In this document: positions 9,005 through 17,831 of the stretch, in pieces
How the letters are laid out: each line of letters starts with the position of its first letter
How positions within the stretch are numbered: position 1 is the first letter of the stretch
Assembly (NCBI GenBank): GCA_048882505.1
Contig: JBHLRO010000009.1
Location: 1 to 32,000 of the forward strand
Length of the DNA: 32,000 nt
DNA from: Candidatus Thorarchaeota archaeon
GTDB taxonomy: Archaea; Asgardarchaeota; Heimdallarchaeia; Hodarchaeales; Hodarchaeaceae
Direction: 5' to 3'
Position numbers and translations under genes: made by a program
The notes under the pieces: model-generated
The model's input: the letters and a program-made list of their open reading frames with translations, nothing else
Databases searched by the model: none
What the model was told of the DNA's origin: nothing

Positions 9005-10501
9005 ATGTTCGGATATACTAATGAACGGGGGCTTTTCACCGATTTTTATGAGTTAACAATGGCACAAGGTTATTTCGACACCGTGGGATCAAACGTTAAG
9101 GCGACCTTTGATCTTTTTTTTAGATCCAATCCGTTTAACGGAGGGTATACTGTCGCATGCGGGATACCACCAGCCTTGGAATACCTAGAAAACTTCCAAT
9201 TTTCCCCAGAGGAACTCGAATACCTGGCCGGTCTTGATACGTTTAGTGAAAACTTTCTGAACTATCTTGAAACGGTCAGGTTTACGGGTGATGTAGAGGC
9301 TGTCAAGGAGGGAACTATAGTTTTTCCACAAACTCCAGTCCTCAAGGTAACAGCACCCCTTATTGAGGCTCAGCTAGTTGAATCTGCTTTACTTAACATC
9401 ATCAATTATTCAACTCTGATCGCCACCAAGGCCGTACGAATTGTTTATGCGGCGCGCGGGGGAAAAGTGGTCGAATTTGGCCTACGTAGGGCTCAAGGCG
9501 ATGGCGCATATCTCGGAACCAGGGCAGCTTTGATCGGGGGGTGTGTTGGGACATCCTTTGTTGATGGGGCCAGAATGTGGCAGTGTCCTCCCATCGGTAC
9601 CCAAGCACACAGTTGGGTACAAGCTTTTTCGTCGGAACTTGAAGCTTTTCAAGAATATGCTAAAGTTTTTCCTGATAATTGCCTATTACTGATTGATACA
9701 TACAATGTACTAGAATCGGGCCTCCCCAATGCGGTGCAGGTAGCCAAAGACCTGCGGAAGAAAGGTAAGAAATTAACTGGCGTTAGAATCGATTCAGGGG
9801 ATTTAGCTTACTTATCCATCCGTGTATACGAGGCTTTTCGAGAGGCTGGTTTTCCTGATATCAGTATTGTGCTCTCCAATGAATTAGACGAATATACAAT
9901 TACGTCTATTGTGAATGAGATTCGCGATACGCGAAACAGAGCCCAGTCAAAGGAAGATTTCGTGTTAAAGGAGGAAACTGTGAAACATATAGTATATGGT
10001 GTGGGAACAAAGCTTATAACAGGGGGTGACCAAGCAGCTCTAGGAGGGGTGTATAAACTGACAGAATTAGATGGAAAACCCCGGATCAAGGTTAGTGAAA
10101 ACATTGCAAAAACAATAAACCCAGGGGCAAAAAACGTATGGCGGATAAAAGACATGACAAGCCAAAAATACATCGCAGATGTCTTATGTCTCGAATCGGA
10201 AGCTGTCCCGACAGAAAATTCGTGGATTCGACACCCAATTGATCTCGTGAAAAAATTTAAACTGCCACAAGATGTTGTCTCCGAATCCTTACTTTTCCGA
10301 ATCATGGAAAAGGGGAAGAAACTAATAGAAACTTCACCTACGGATTGGCAGGAAGGCCAAATTCATGTGAAAAGCCAATTAGCGCGTTTAGATCCGACAT
10401 ACATACGCTTGCTTAATCCACATGTCTTCAAAGTTTCTCTTAGCGAGCTCCTCTTCGAGACAAAAATGCGAATGATTAAAAATATCAGGCAAAATGCCTG
10501 A
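9005..10501 (+). CDS. pncB: Nicotinate phosphoribosyltransferase
   Basis: LFTDFYELTMAQGY, EFGLRRAQG, GTQAHSW (phospho-His), LIDTY, RIDSGDL, GGVYKL; divergent from pncA. Confidence 0.95.
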   Translation: MFGYTNERGLFTDFYELTMAQGYFDTVGSNVKATFDLFFRSNPFNGGYTVACGIPPALEYLENFQFSPEELEYLAGLDTFSENFLNYLETVRFTGDVEAVKEGTIVFPQTPVLKVTAPLIEAQLVESALLNIINYSTLIATKAVRIVYAARGGKVVEFGLRRAQGDGAYLGTRAALIGGCVGTSFVDGARMWQCPPIGTQAHSWVQAFSSELEAFQEYAKVFPDNCLLLIDTYNVLESGLPNAVQVAKDLRKKGKKLTGVRIDSGDLAYLSIRVYEAFREAGFPDISIVLSNELDEYTITSIVNEIRDTRNRAQSKEDFVLKEETVKHIVYGVGTKLITGGDQAALGGVYKLTELDGKPRIKVSENIAKTINPGAKNVWRIKDMTSQKYIADVLCLESEAVPTENSWIRHPIDLVKKFKLPQDVVSESLLFRIMEKGKKLIETSPTDWQEGQIHVKSQLARLDPTYIRLLNPHVFKVSLSELLFETKMRMIKNIRQNA

Positions 10502-10690
10502 AGCGGCTAGAACGGGTTCTAAAATCAACCGAAAACAATTAGAACATTTTCTAAATTTTCGCACCAGAGACCCAGACGGCTTCAAATATCGGCAATGTTG
10601 GAGTCCAATGGTAGAAAACCGGAAAAAAATTGTCTAAATCCTCCCCAAGTTCCGTTTTATTCGTCAACGTGTAAACTAGGAGAATTCAAA

Positions 10691-11239
10691 GTGCCTCTAT
10701 ATAAAATATGCCTTCTGGGTGATGGTGGGGTCGGAAAAACTTCACTGAGAGAACGCTTTCTCGGTAAAGGATTTCAAAGCGGATATATTTTAACCATTGG
10801 CGCGGATTTTGCTGTTCAAGACTTAAATATCGATGGTCAACAGTACAAATTCCAGATTTGGGATCTAGCAGGGCAACAAAGGTTCAGTGCCGTCAGGGCT
10901 TTGTATTACAAAGGTTCCCACGGTGCTATTCTCGTTTTTGATAGTTCACGTCCAGAGTCGCTCTACAATCTTGCCAATTGGAAACGTGAACTCTTTACGA
11001 ATGTTGGCAGGGAAATTCCGTATATTCTACTTGGAAATAAAGCGGACCTGCCAAATGCCATCGACAATGGAGCCCTCGACCAGTTCATTCAAACCTCCCA
11101 AGAAGAGATTTCTGATATCCCCTTCGAGATAAATTATCTTGATACTTCAGCAAAAACTGGACTCAATGTCACCGAAGCATTCCAATCGCTGGGGAGAACA
11201 ATAAAGGATTACATTTCGGTGTATAAGGAAAGACAATAG
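10691..11239 (+). CDS. Rab-like small GTPase with canonical motifs; probable GTG start at 10691
   Basis: GDGGVGKTS, LTIGADF, WDLAGQ, NKAD, SAK; GGAG RBS upstream of GTG; no prenylation motif. Confidence 0.94.
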   Translation: MPLYKICLLGDGGVGKTSLRERFLGKGFQSGYILTIGADFAVQDLNIDGQQYKFQIWDLAGQQRFSAVRALYYKGSHGAILVFDSSRPESLYNLANWKRELFTNVGREIPYILLGNKADLPNAIDNGALDQFIQTSQEEISDIPFEINYLDTSAKTGLNVTEAFQSLGRTIKDYISVYKERQ

Positions 11240-11299
11240 TTTTTTGATTCAGAAGAAGAAGGTGGTCTTCCAATATAAAATATGAGGGAGGCCTGGGTA

Positions 11300-12151
11300 T
11301 TATCCTAATTCCTCGACTTGTTCGATAATACATTCTGGCCCTAGTTCCACTGATGTCCCTTGCACTAATTGGGCTTTAACACCTTCCAAATACACCTTTC
11401 CTTTTGCATAAATACTTTCTACCTTTAAAGAGGCCGAGGAACGATCCTGTTCAATATAAACATCCCCACCCGCAGAAAGATGACCGTCAATTCGACTCTT
11501 TCCACTGAGCTCTGACCGGAAAGATCCACTACAGTCTAGATTACCCTCTATTGTGTAAGAGCCGTTCATTTCTGCTTCATTGCAGGCTAGGTTTCCTTCC
11601 GCCTTTAATGCGCCGCTAGTACTCACCATCGCGCCATGTGCATTAACATCGCCTTCAATTTTACCAGAACCCGAAATAGAAAGCTTTTCCGTGACGGTTA
11701 ATGGCCCTTCAATCTTTAATGAGCCTGAACTCATGAGCTGCTCAGTTTCTAAGGCTCCACCCACCTTTAATGCCCCTGAAACTTTTAATTTCTGAGTTAC
11801 CATATCACCAGGAAGTGAACCTGATCCGCTGATTTTTATCTCGTCATCGGTTATCTCCCCAGACCCTGAAATGGAAATTGAGCCCCCTCGCCAGCCTTCT
11901 ACTCGTCCAGAGCCGGATATAGAGACGTACGAATCCGTGACCTTTCCTGAGCCCGAAATGGATACATAGGAAAGATCCTTCAAAAAGCTGTTCTCTTTAA
12001 TTACGGCCATCTGTTTCTCGAGTTGTGATTGATACTTCATTTTCAAAGTCTCATATTCATGTTCGGTGATTTCTTCGTTCTTGAGTCTAATATCAAGCGC
12101 TTTTAATAAGGTTTGTAACTCTTCAATCTCCTTACGCGACACATCATTCAC
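11300..12151 (-). CDS. Polymer-forming cytoskeletal (bactofilin-like, YhbE/YhbF-type) beta-helix protein with N-terminal SHOCT-like helical segment; GTG start
   Basis: Repeated ISGSG/VSGAL/SSGSL + GDV/GNL coils; N-terminal LKALDIRLKNEEITEHEYETLKMKY. Confidence 0.75.
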   Translation of the reverse strand: MNDVSRKEIEELQTLLKALDIRLKNEEITEHEYETLKMKYQSQLEKQMAVIKENSFLKDLSYVSISGSGKVTDSYVSISGSGRVEGWRGGSISISGSGEITDDEIKISGSGSLPGDMVTQKLKVSGALKVGGALETEQLMSSGSLKIEGPLTVTEKLSISGSGKIEGDVNAHGAMVSTSGALKAEGNLACNEAEMNGSYTIEGNLDCSGSFRSELSGKSRIDGHLSAGGDVYIEQDRSSASLKVESIYAKGKVYLEGVKAQLVQGTSVELGPECIIEQVEELG

Positions 12152-12236
12152 CTTTTGTTCTATCTAACTAAGCTTGGGTAACGAAACAATAAAAAACATC
12201 CTAAGCGGATCAGTTGGGACGTCAAACCAGAGAGTT

Positions 12237-12266
12237 TCCTCGTTAAACCCTTCGGTTAAATGAGGA
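12237..12266. promoter_or_regulatory. Imperfect inverted repeat between divergent bactofilin-like and ArsR genes; candidate operator or hairpin
   Basis: TCCTCGTTAAACC-CTTC-GGTTAAATGAGGA: 13-nt arms with 11 Watson-Crick pairs, 1 G-T, 1 mismatch. Confidence 0.4.
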
Positions 12267-12365
12267 TTTTAAGATGGAAGATAAGTAATATACATCAAAG
12301 GAAGATGTAGATAAAAGATAATTCCGGAATTTTTGATCGCGCAGGATAGCGGACGGTGTTTTTTA

Positions 12366-12860
12366 ATGAGAAAAGTACTAGAACTCCGAATCGAAGAAAT
12401 GATGAAAGTCCTTAGCGATCGAACACGCCGTAAGATCCTAAAAATGCTGAGTAAAGATTCCCTAAATCCAGCTGAGCTTGCAGAAAATCTAGATATTAGC
12501 CGCCCAGCTGTGGAAAAGCATCTGAAACTGCTTCAATCCAATTATATCTGTGAGCGGACTGTTGAGCCGTTCCCGACTCCACATTTCGTTTATCACCTTA
12601 CTATCCCTGGAATTGAAATGATGGATGCAATCGACATTGCAATGGTTACATTTTTCCAGTCCATGGACGGGATAGTGACCGCCAAACTTGATGAACTAGA
12701 ACGGGGATTTGTACTCGGCCGAATCAAACCCGCTGAATATCAAACCAAAAAGGAGGAGTTTTTAAAAGCGAAGGAAGAGCTTGATGGATTGGATTTAACC
12801 CGTATCTGGATTGAGGAAGCCAAAAAGGTCATTAATGAGCACCAATCAGGGAAAAAGTGA
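12366..12860 (+). CDS. ArsR/SmtB-family winged-helix regulator with C-terminal SHOCT-like segment; probable ATG start at 12366
   Basis: KVLSDRTRRKILKML...ELAENLDISRPAVEKHLKLL...GIE; tail LDELERGFVLGRIKPAEYQTKKEEFL. Confidence 0.88.
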   Translation: MRKVLELRIEEMMKVLSDRTRRKILKMLSKDSLNPAELAENLDISRPAVEKHLKLLQSNYICERTVEPFPTPHFVYHLTIPGIEMMDAIDIAMVTFFQSMDGIVTAKLDELERGFVLGRIKPAEYQTKKEEFLKAKEELDGLDLTRIWIEEAKKVINEHQSGKK

Positions 12861-12899
12861 ATTCTTGTATAAACCGTCTAATCTAAATCTGTCTTTGAC

Positions 12900-13880
12900 C
12901 TACGAGTTTAAATGCAGGAGAGTTGATAGAGTTCTAATTGGCTTGATTACCTCTGTCCTAAAAATCCTAAACTTTAACAAAGAACTAGGGTGAAGACCAA
13001 ACTGTTTGGGTTGCGCTCGAGATCCAACCTCAATGATGTCAAGATATCGACGGTAGATTTTCATACAGATGATATTAACTTCTTCTGGCAGTTCTGGAGC
13101 CGGACGATCTTCTCGCAAGCGAATGTTTACTGTTCCTAAATAGAGTTTTGCTGAAGACGTTACAGCATCAGAAATCATCAGAACTAGTTCGGCGGCTTCA
13201 GGAAGATGTTGGATGGGATTTTTCAGACGAATGGCGGGGTCTCTTGTCCCGCCTATTCTTGGGCGGTATTCACTATCAAGGGGAATTATGATCTGGCTTA
13301 GAGTTGTCCCTTCATTTGTACGAAAGCCGTTAATTTCGATGGAGATGTCATCTTGTGATGTTTCGACTAATTGTGGGTCGGATAATATATCTGTGACAGC
13401 ATTTGTTCTTCCAAGTGGTAGTGGATCAAGCATGGAAGCTTCTCGAAGAAGAATTTCAGTGATCCAAAGATTTCCTTGAAATAATACGGCCGTATTCATG
13501 GTGGCAGGATCTTGTACCAATATTATATCTGGTGTTTTCATGCCGCTCAATGCTGCAATGCTTGTTGTTCTTTTACCACCGATCTTATCAAACAGCGTAT
13601 GCAGAATACTGGGAATCATAACAGTATCATGATAATGTATATCATAGACATCTTCAAACGTTATTGGGTCTTCATAAGGAACACGGAAGCCATGATGGAT
13701 CCAGACATCACCCTCGGTTTTTAGCTGGTCTTCAATGCTTTCCAGTAAGCTTATCCTTCCTGGAAAAAAAATTCTTTCTTGCGCAAAGAGATCAGTTTTA
13801 CTAGGTTCCAACGGACTAGGTTTTGTCGGATCAGGTTCCGCTTCGCCTTTGGAAGATCTCTCATCCTTCAACAGGAGCAC
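12900..13880 (-). CDS. Hypothetical protein (326 aa), Pro/Ser-rich N-terminus; GTG start
   Basis: Long ORF co-oriented with and downstream of GGT; no recognised family. Confidence 0.7.
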   Translation of the reverse strand: MLLLKDERSSKGEAEPDPTKPSPLEPSKTDLFAQERIFFPGRISLLESIEDQLKTEGDVWIHHGFRVPYEDPITFEDVYDIHYHDTVMIPSILHTLFDKIGGKRTTSIAALSGMKTPDIILVQDPATMNTAVLFQGNLWITEILLREASMLDPLPLGRTNAVTDILSDPQLVETSQDDISIEINGFRTNEGTTLSQIIIPLDSEYRPRIGGTRDPAIRLKNPIQHLPEAAELVLMISDAVTSSAKLYLGTVNIRLREDRPAPELPEEVNIICMKIYRRYLDIIEVGSRAQPKQFGLHPSSLLKFRIFRTEVIKPIRTLSTLLHLNS

Positions 13881-14036
13881 TTCGTTTAGATGTTGTGGTA
13901 TACCTTTTAAAAAGTCTATCTAATAATCGTAAATACTGGGAGCCAGTCTCTATAGGAGAGAGTCGACAAAATTCTACTAGGCTTCATGTTATTCACGATT
14001 TCGAGAAGGTAGCGACATTACTCAGGTTTTTTGTGT

Positions 14037-15659
14037 TCAAAACCCTTGGGCCTGCCCGTCCTTTCGTGGATCCGATCCCGCACAGTATACTTTGCTTTTG
14101 GGATCACAGTGAATTATCTGCCCCCCTCCAAAATTTGCACCTACCTCATCTACTATCCTATGACCTCTGTTCCTAAGCTCAAGTCTTGTTTCTACATTGA
14201 CTGGGGATTCTATTGCAACCGTATCTGTATATTGATCATGATGGAATCGGGGGGTCTCAATTGCTTGTTGTGGATTCATCTTGTGTAATACGAGATTGAG
14301 ATAAACCTGTGCCTGACCTTGCGGTTGATGGTGACCACCCATTACTCCATACGAATAAAGCAGCTCCCCATCAAGAGAGGTGATCATTGCTGGAATAATG
14401 GTATGAAAAGGACGTTTACTTGGTTCGTACTGATTTGGATGATTTTTTATAAGGTTAAAACATGCTCCTCGATTCTGAAAAGCAATCCCCGTTTGGGGGT
14501 CAACTAATCCGGAACCAAATGCATCAAATAAGGAATTGATAAAGGAAATGGCATAACCTTCTCCATCCACCACGGTCAAATACACGGTATCCTCTCCTAG
14601 AAGCGGATACGGAAGAGACGTTGTTTTCTGGACACAATCCATTTCTATAATCGATGCACGAGTGTGCGCATAATCTCGCGATAACAGCATTTTCCAATTG
14701 GGATCCATCCACTTCGGATCCGCTATATATGCAAAGGCATCAGAAAAGGCTAATTTTTTAGCTTCAATTAGGCAGTGCAGATATTTCGCCGAGTTTACAG
14801 GATACTGATGAATTTCAAGCTCCTCTACTATGGCTAGGATCAATAATGTGGTAAGTCCTTGTCCGTTGGGTCCATGTTCCCACAACAGATTGTCATATAG
14901 TTCTAGCGAAATAGGATCTGTCCATTCAGCCTCATAATTCGACAGATCCGCTTCCTGTAAGTATCCACCTTCTTGTTGTATGAATTCCTCGATCCGAAAG
15001 GCAATTTCGCCATTGTAAAAGACTGTACTTCCCTCTTTTGCGATTTTCATTAGAGTATTAGCCAAAGCAGGTTGTTTCCAAATCTCGCCTGCTTGGGGGC
15101 TTTGCTGTTTATGTGTGAGATAGGTTCTCGCGGCCCCCTCATGAGACCTTAGAACAGGGACCTGATCCTTCCATACGTGGGCAATCACAGGAGATACAGG
15201 AAAACCTTCCTGCGCATATCGAATTGCAGGTTCCAATATATCCTCCCAGGGTAGCCGACCATAATTGTCATGAATAGCCTGCCACGCACTTACGGCACCT
15301 GGAACCGTAATTGGCAGTGGGCCCCGAACGGGAATTTGAGGGAGTTCCAGTTCCTCAGTCAGCTGTTGGTAGCTAAGGTTCTTGGGTGCAAATCCAGATC
15401 CATTGATGGCGCGTGGCCTAGGTTCATCGGGAATGTGAATAAGAGCAAATGCATCACCTCCAATACCCGTTGAAAAGGGTTCAACGACGTTCAGAACCGA
15501 GGCCATGGCAATAGCTGCGTCACAGGCCGAACCCCCCACCTTGAGAACATCGATTCCCGCAGAAGATGCTAGAGGATGGGAAGATGATACAAGTCCGTTC
15601 TTCGAATATACTGCGGATCTTCCAGTCTGAGGTCGCCTCCAATGGATTACTGGGGTCAT
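14037..15659 (-). CDS. ggt: Gamma-glutamyltransferase (Ntn hydrolase); probable start ATG 15659
   Basis: SSSHPLAS, DAAIA...VVEPFSTGIGGD, TVPGAV, PNGQG, DTVYLTVVD (Thr nucleophile), NRG, PFHTIIP, GVMGG, SDPRKDG; GGTGA RBS upstream of 15659. Confidence 0.95.
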   Translation of the reverse strand: MTPVIHWRRPQTGRSAVYSKNGLVSSSHPLASSAGIDVLKVGGSACDAAIAMASVLNVVEPFSTGIGGDAFALIHIPDEPRPRAINGSGFAPKNLSYQQLTEELELPQIPVRGPLPITVPGAVSAWQAIHDNYGRLPWEDILEPAIRYAQEGFPVSPVIAHVWKDQVPVLRSHEGAARTYLTHKQQSPQAGEIWKQPALANTLMKIAKEGSTVFYNGEIAFRIEEFIQQEGGYLQEADLSNYEAEWTDPISLELYDNLLWEHGPNGQGLTTLLILAIVEELEIHQYPVNSAKYLHCLIEAKKLAFSDAFAYIADPKWMDPNWKMLLSRDYAHTRASIIEMDCVQKTTSLPYPLLGEDTVYLTVVDGEGYAISFINSLFDAFGSGLVDPQTGIAFQNRGACFNLIKNHPNQYEPSKRPFHTIIPAMITSLDGELLYSYGVMGGHHQPQGQAQVYLNLVLHKMNPQQAIETPRFHHDQYTDTVAIESPVNVETRLELRNRGHRIVDEVGANFGGGQIIHCDPKSKVYCAGSDPRKDGQAQGF

Positions 15660-15759
15660 TTCAATCACCAAAACAATCTTAAAAGTTTTCAAGACTTTTA
15701 TGATGTCTCTTAATCCTCTCCTACTTATTTTTACTAGACTTGTGTTTTGGAATTTTACT

Positions 15760-16308
15760 TTACTCTTGATAACGTTTATATCTATCAAGAAATTCTTGTC
15801 TTACTCTTTCTGTATTCTCATAGCGAGCATCGCACTTCCCTTTGGAGTGAAGATAGATGAGGATATTGGTTGGATCTCGGATCGTGATAAACTTGTCGTC
15901 AGTTATCGGTTCCTCACAAACCATGCAGATCAACCGTTGAACGGGTTTTTTGGCATGGATTGGCTGCTGTGATAAATGAAGGGAGGTCCCTTCCGTCTGG
16001 ATGCCACGAGCATGATTCATCAAATCTTGTACGGTAGTTTGCGCCATAGAATCAAAATCTGAATGATCAAACGCAACTGAATCTTTCATTCTACGTAAGA
16101 TAGCGACTTTGGTCTTTTTCGGAGTGTCTGGCGCGAAAACGGGGCAATTAAGAAGATGACACTGAGTTGGTTTTCTATAATACGCGCAGTTCTCGCTGTC
16201 TCTTAGCGCACACTCCCGACGAAACGAACTGAAGCTTTTCATACCTGATAGAACCCGACTAACGACATTTAATGAAAGTGAGAAGCTTTCTCCATAAGGA
16301 GCGCTCAA
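15760..16308 (-). CDS. Hypothetical protein with two Cys/His metal-binding clusters; TTG start
   Basis: C-x7-C-x8-C-x4-C cluster and CMVC-x22-H-x4-C cluster. Confidence 0.7.
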   Translation of the reverse strand: MSAPYGESFSLSLNVVSRVLSGMKSFSSFRRECALRDSENCAYYRKPTQCHLLNCPVFAPDTPKKTKVAILRRMKDSVAFDHSDFDSMAQTTVQDLMNHARGIQTEGTSLHLSQQPIHAKKPVQRLICMVCEEPITDDKFITIRDPTNILIYLHSKGKCDARYENTERVRQEFLDRYKRYQE

Positions 16309-16443
16309 TTTGGAAACATTTTAGATGTTTCCATGGGAAGGGTTAAGATTTTACCTGTCCTACTTCATATGGAGGAAGAAGAATTATAAAGAATATAGAT
16401 ACATTTTCCACGAGACTGATATAACTAGATTCATGGTGCTGAG

Positions 16444-16869
16444 ATGTTAAGCAAATTGCGCGCACTTGGCTTCCAAATCACCCCATCAGCTCTTGAAGTA
16501 ATCAATGGTTCCAAAATTCCTGTGGATGAGATTGTGGCCGAATTAAAATCCACCTGGGGGGAGAAAGAGAAGGTCTTAACTGTAGAAAAAACCATTAGCC
16601 TTGTATTAACCATAAAGGATCGAATCAAGGAATCCTTGCCTTCTGTTACCGCCATTGAAGCGGATTCCCTTCCAGAGGTTCCCCGACTCCTTCGACGTAC
16701 TTTTCTTGCATTAAAACGCTATTCTGGTCCAGTTACTGCTGGATATATCGCCCGAAGGACCCGTAGAAAGAAAAGCACAGAAACTATCTATTTGAATAAA
16801 CTTGCCGAAGAGGGCTTAATAACAAAGGAAATAAGGAACGACAACCAAACGGTATACAAAACTGATTAA
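16444..16869 (+). CDS. Winged-helix DNA-binding protein with N-terminal helical domain resembling the PolD DP1 / Pol epsilon B N-terminal domain
   Basis: C-terminal [32 protein letters not shown]...VYK wHTH pattern; N-terminal [16 protein letters not shown]. Confidence 0.75.
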   Translation: MLSKLRALGFQITPSALEVINGSKIPVDEIVAELKSTWGEKEKVLTVEKTISLVLTIKDRIKESLPSVTAIEADSLPEVPRLLRRTFLALKRYSGPVTAGYIARRTRRKKSTETIYLNKLAEEGLITKEIRNDNQTVYKTD

Positions 16870-16885
16870 AGGAGAGGAGAGAATC

Positions 16886-17647
16886 ATTTATAAGATCGTC
16901 CTTCTCAGACATGGTGAATCTACATGGAATAGGGAGGGTCTTTTTTCTGGTTGGACGGACGTAGATCTATCTGAACGTGGTGTACGGGAAGCGCAAAGTT
17001 CTGGCCAAATACTGAAGAATGAAGGCTACTCTTTTGATCTGGCCTATACCAGTGTCCTTAAACGAGCCATTCGCACACTTTGGATAGTCCTTGAAGAGAT
17101 GGATCTAATGTGGATACCAGTTCAACGGTCATGGCGCCTTAATGAACGGCATTATGGTGCCCTTCAAGGCTTAAACAAAAAAGAGACCGCCCAGAAACAT
17201 GGTGCAGAACAAGTGCTTATGTGGAGACGGAGTTACGATATTCAGCCACCTGCTCTAACCAAAAGCGATCCCCGCTATCCCGGACTAGATCCACGTTATC
17301 AAATGCTTAAGCCTGATGAGGTACCAGTTACAGAATGCCTAAAAGATACCGTAGCCCGAGTTCTTCCCTATTGGCATGATTCAATTGTCCCTTCTCTTAA
17401 AGCAGGAAGAAAAATTCTCGTTTCAGCTCATGGTAATTCTCTTCGTGCTCTCATCAAATATTTGGATGATGTTTCAAACGACGAGATCCTCAAATTAAAC
17501 ATTCCAACGGGAATCCCGCTCATTTATGAGCTGGAATGGGTTAATGGAGAGATGCACCCCATTAAACCTCATTATTATCTTGGTAATTCAGAAGAGATTC
17601 AGAAGGCCATGCAGCAAGTTGCAGACCAGGCAAAACTCACAAAATAG
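16886..17647 (+). CDS. gpmA: 2,3-bisphosphoglycerate-dependent phosphoglycerate mutase; 71 codons longer than the track ORF, probable ATT start
   Basis: In-frame (I)[14 protein letters not shown]...FSGWTDVDL...[11 protein letters not shown] upstream of ATG 17099; [23 protein letters not shown]. Confidence 0.95.
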   Translation: MYKIVLLRHGESTWNREGLFSGWTDVDLSERGVREAQSSGQILKNEGYSFDLAYTSVLKRAIRTLWIVLEEMDLMWIPVQRSWRLNERHYGALQGLNKKETAQKHGAEQVLMWRRSYDIQPPALTKSDPRYPGLDPRYQMLKPDEVPVTECLKDTVARVLPYWHDSIVPSLKAGRKILVSAHGNSLRALIKYLDDVSNDEILKLNIPTGIPLIYELEWVNGEMHPIKPHYYLGNSEEIQKAMQQVADQAKLTK

Positions 17648-17775
17648 TCCATTCAATCAGTTTTTCAAATCGGGCCAATTGATTTGACCAACTTAAGAAT
17701 ACGACTGTTTTTACTTTAAAAGATATGGAGGAGGAAAAAACATTAAAGGAAAAGAATAGCACCTCTTATCCAAAG

Positions 17776-17806
17776 AAAAAAAAGGGAAAAATTAGGCCGA
17801 GGCCTA
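17776..17806 (-). terminator. Hairpin plus oligo-T downstream of the histone gene
   Basis: Minus strand TAGGC-CTCG-GCCTA followed by ATTTTTCCCTTTTTTTT. Confidence 0.5.
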
Positions 17807-17831
17807 GGGAGGAAGTTCGTTTAAAATCGTC

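Noticed and set aside
8231-10501. pncA/pncB pair as a novel or anti-defence NAD system
   Set aside because: Ordinary NAD salvage genes with no phage or defence context and no recognisable NrtR box.
15660-15788. 43-aa N-terminal extension of GGT, and similar extensions of pncA (8900-8986), GTPase 2 (10595-10690) and the TPR protein (31821-31907)
   Set aside because: No family similarity. In three of the four cases a better RBS precedes the downstream start, and the GGT extension overlaps the neighbouring gene.
16886-17098. gpmA as a truncated or frameshifted pseudogene
   Set aside because: The missing N-terminus is present, in frame and stop-free; only the start codon is non-canonical.
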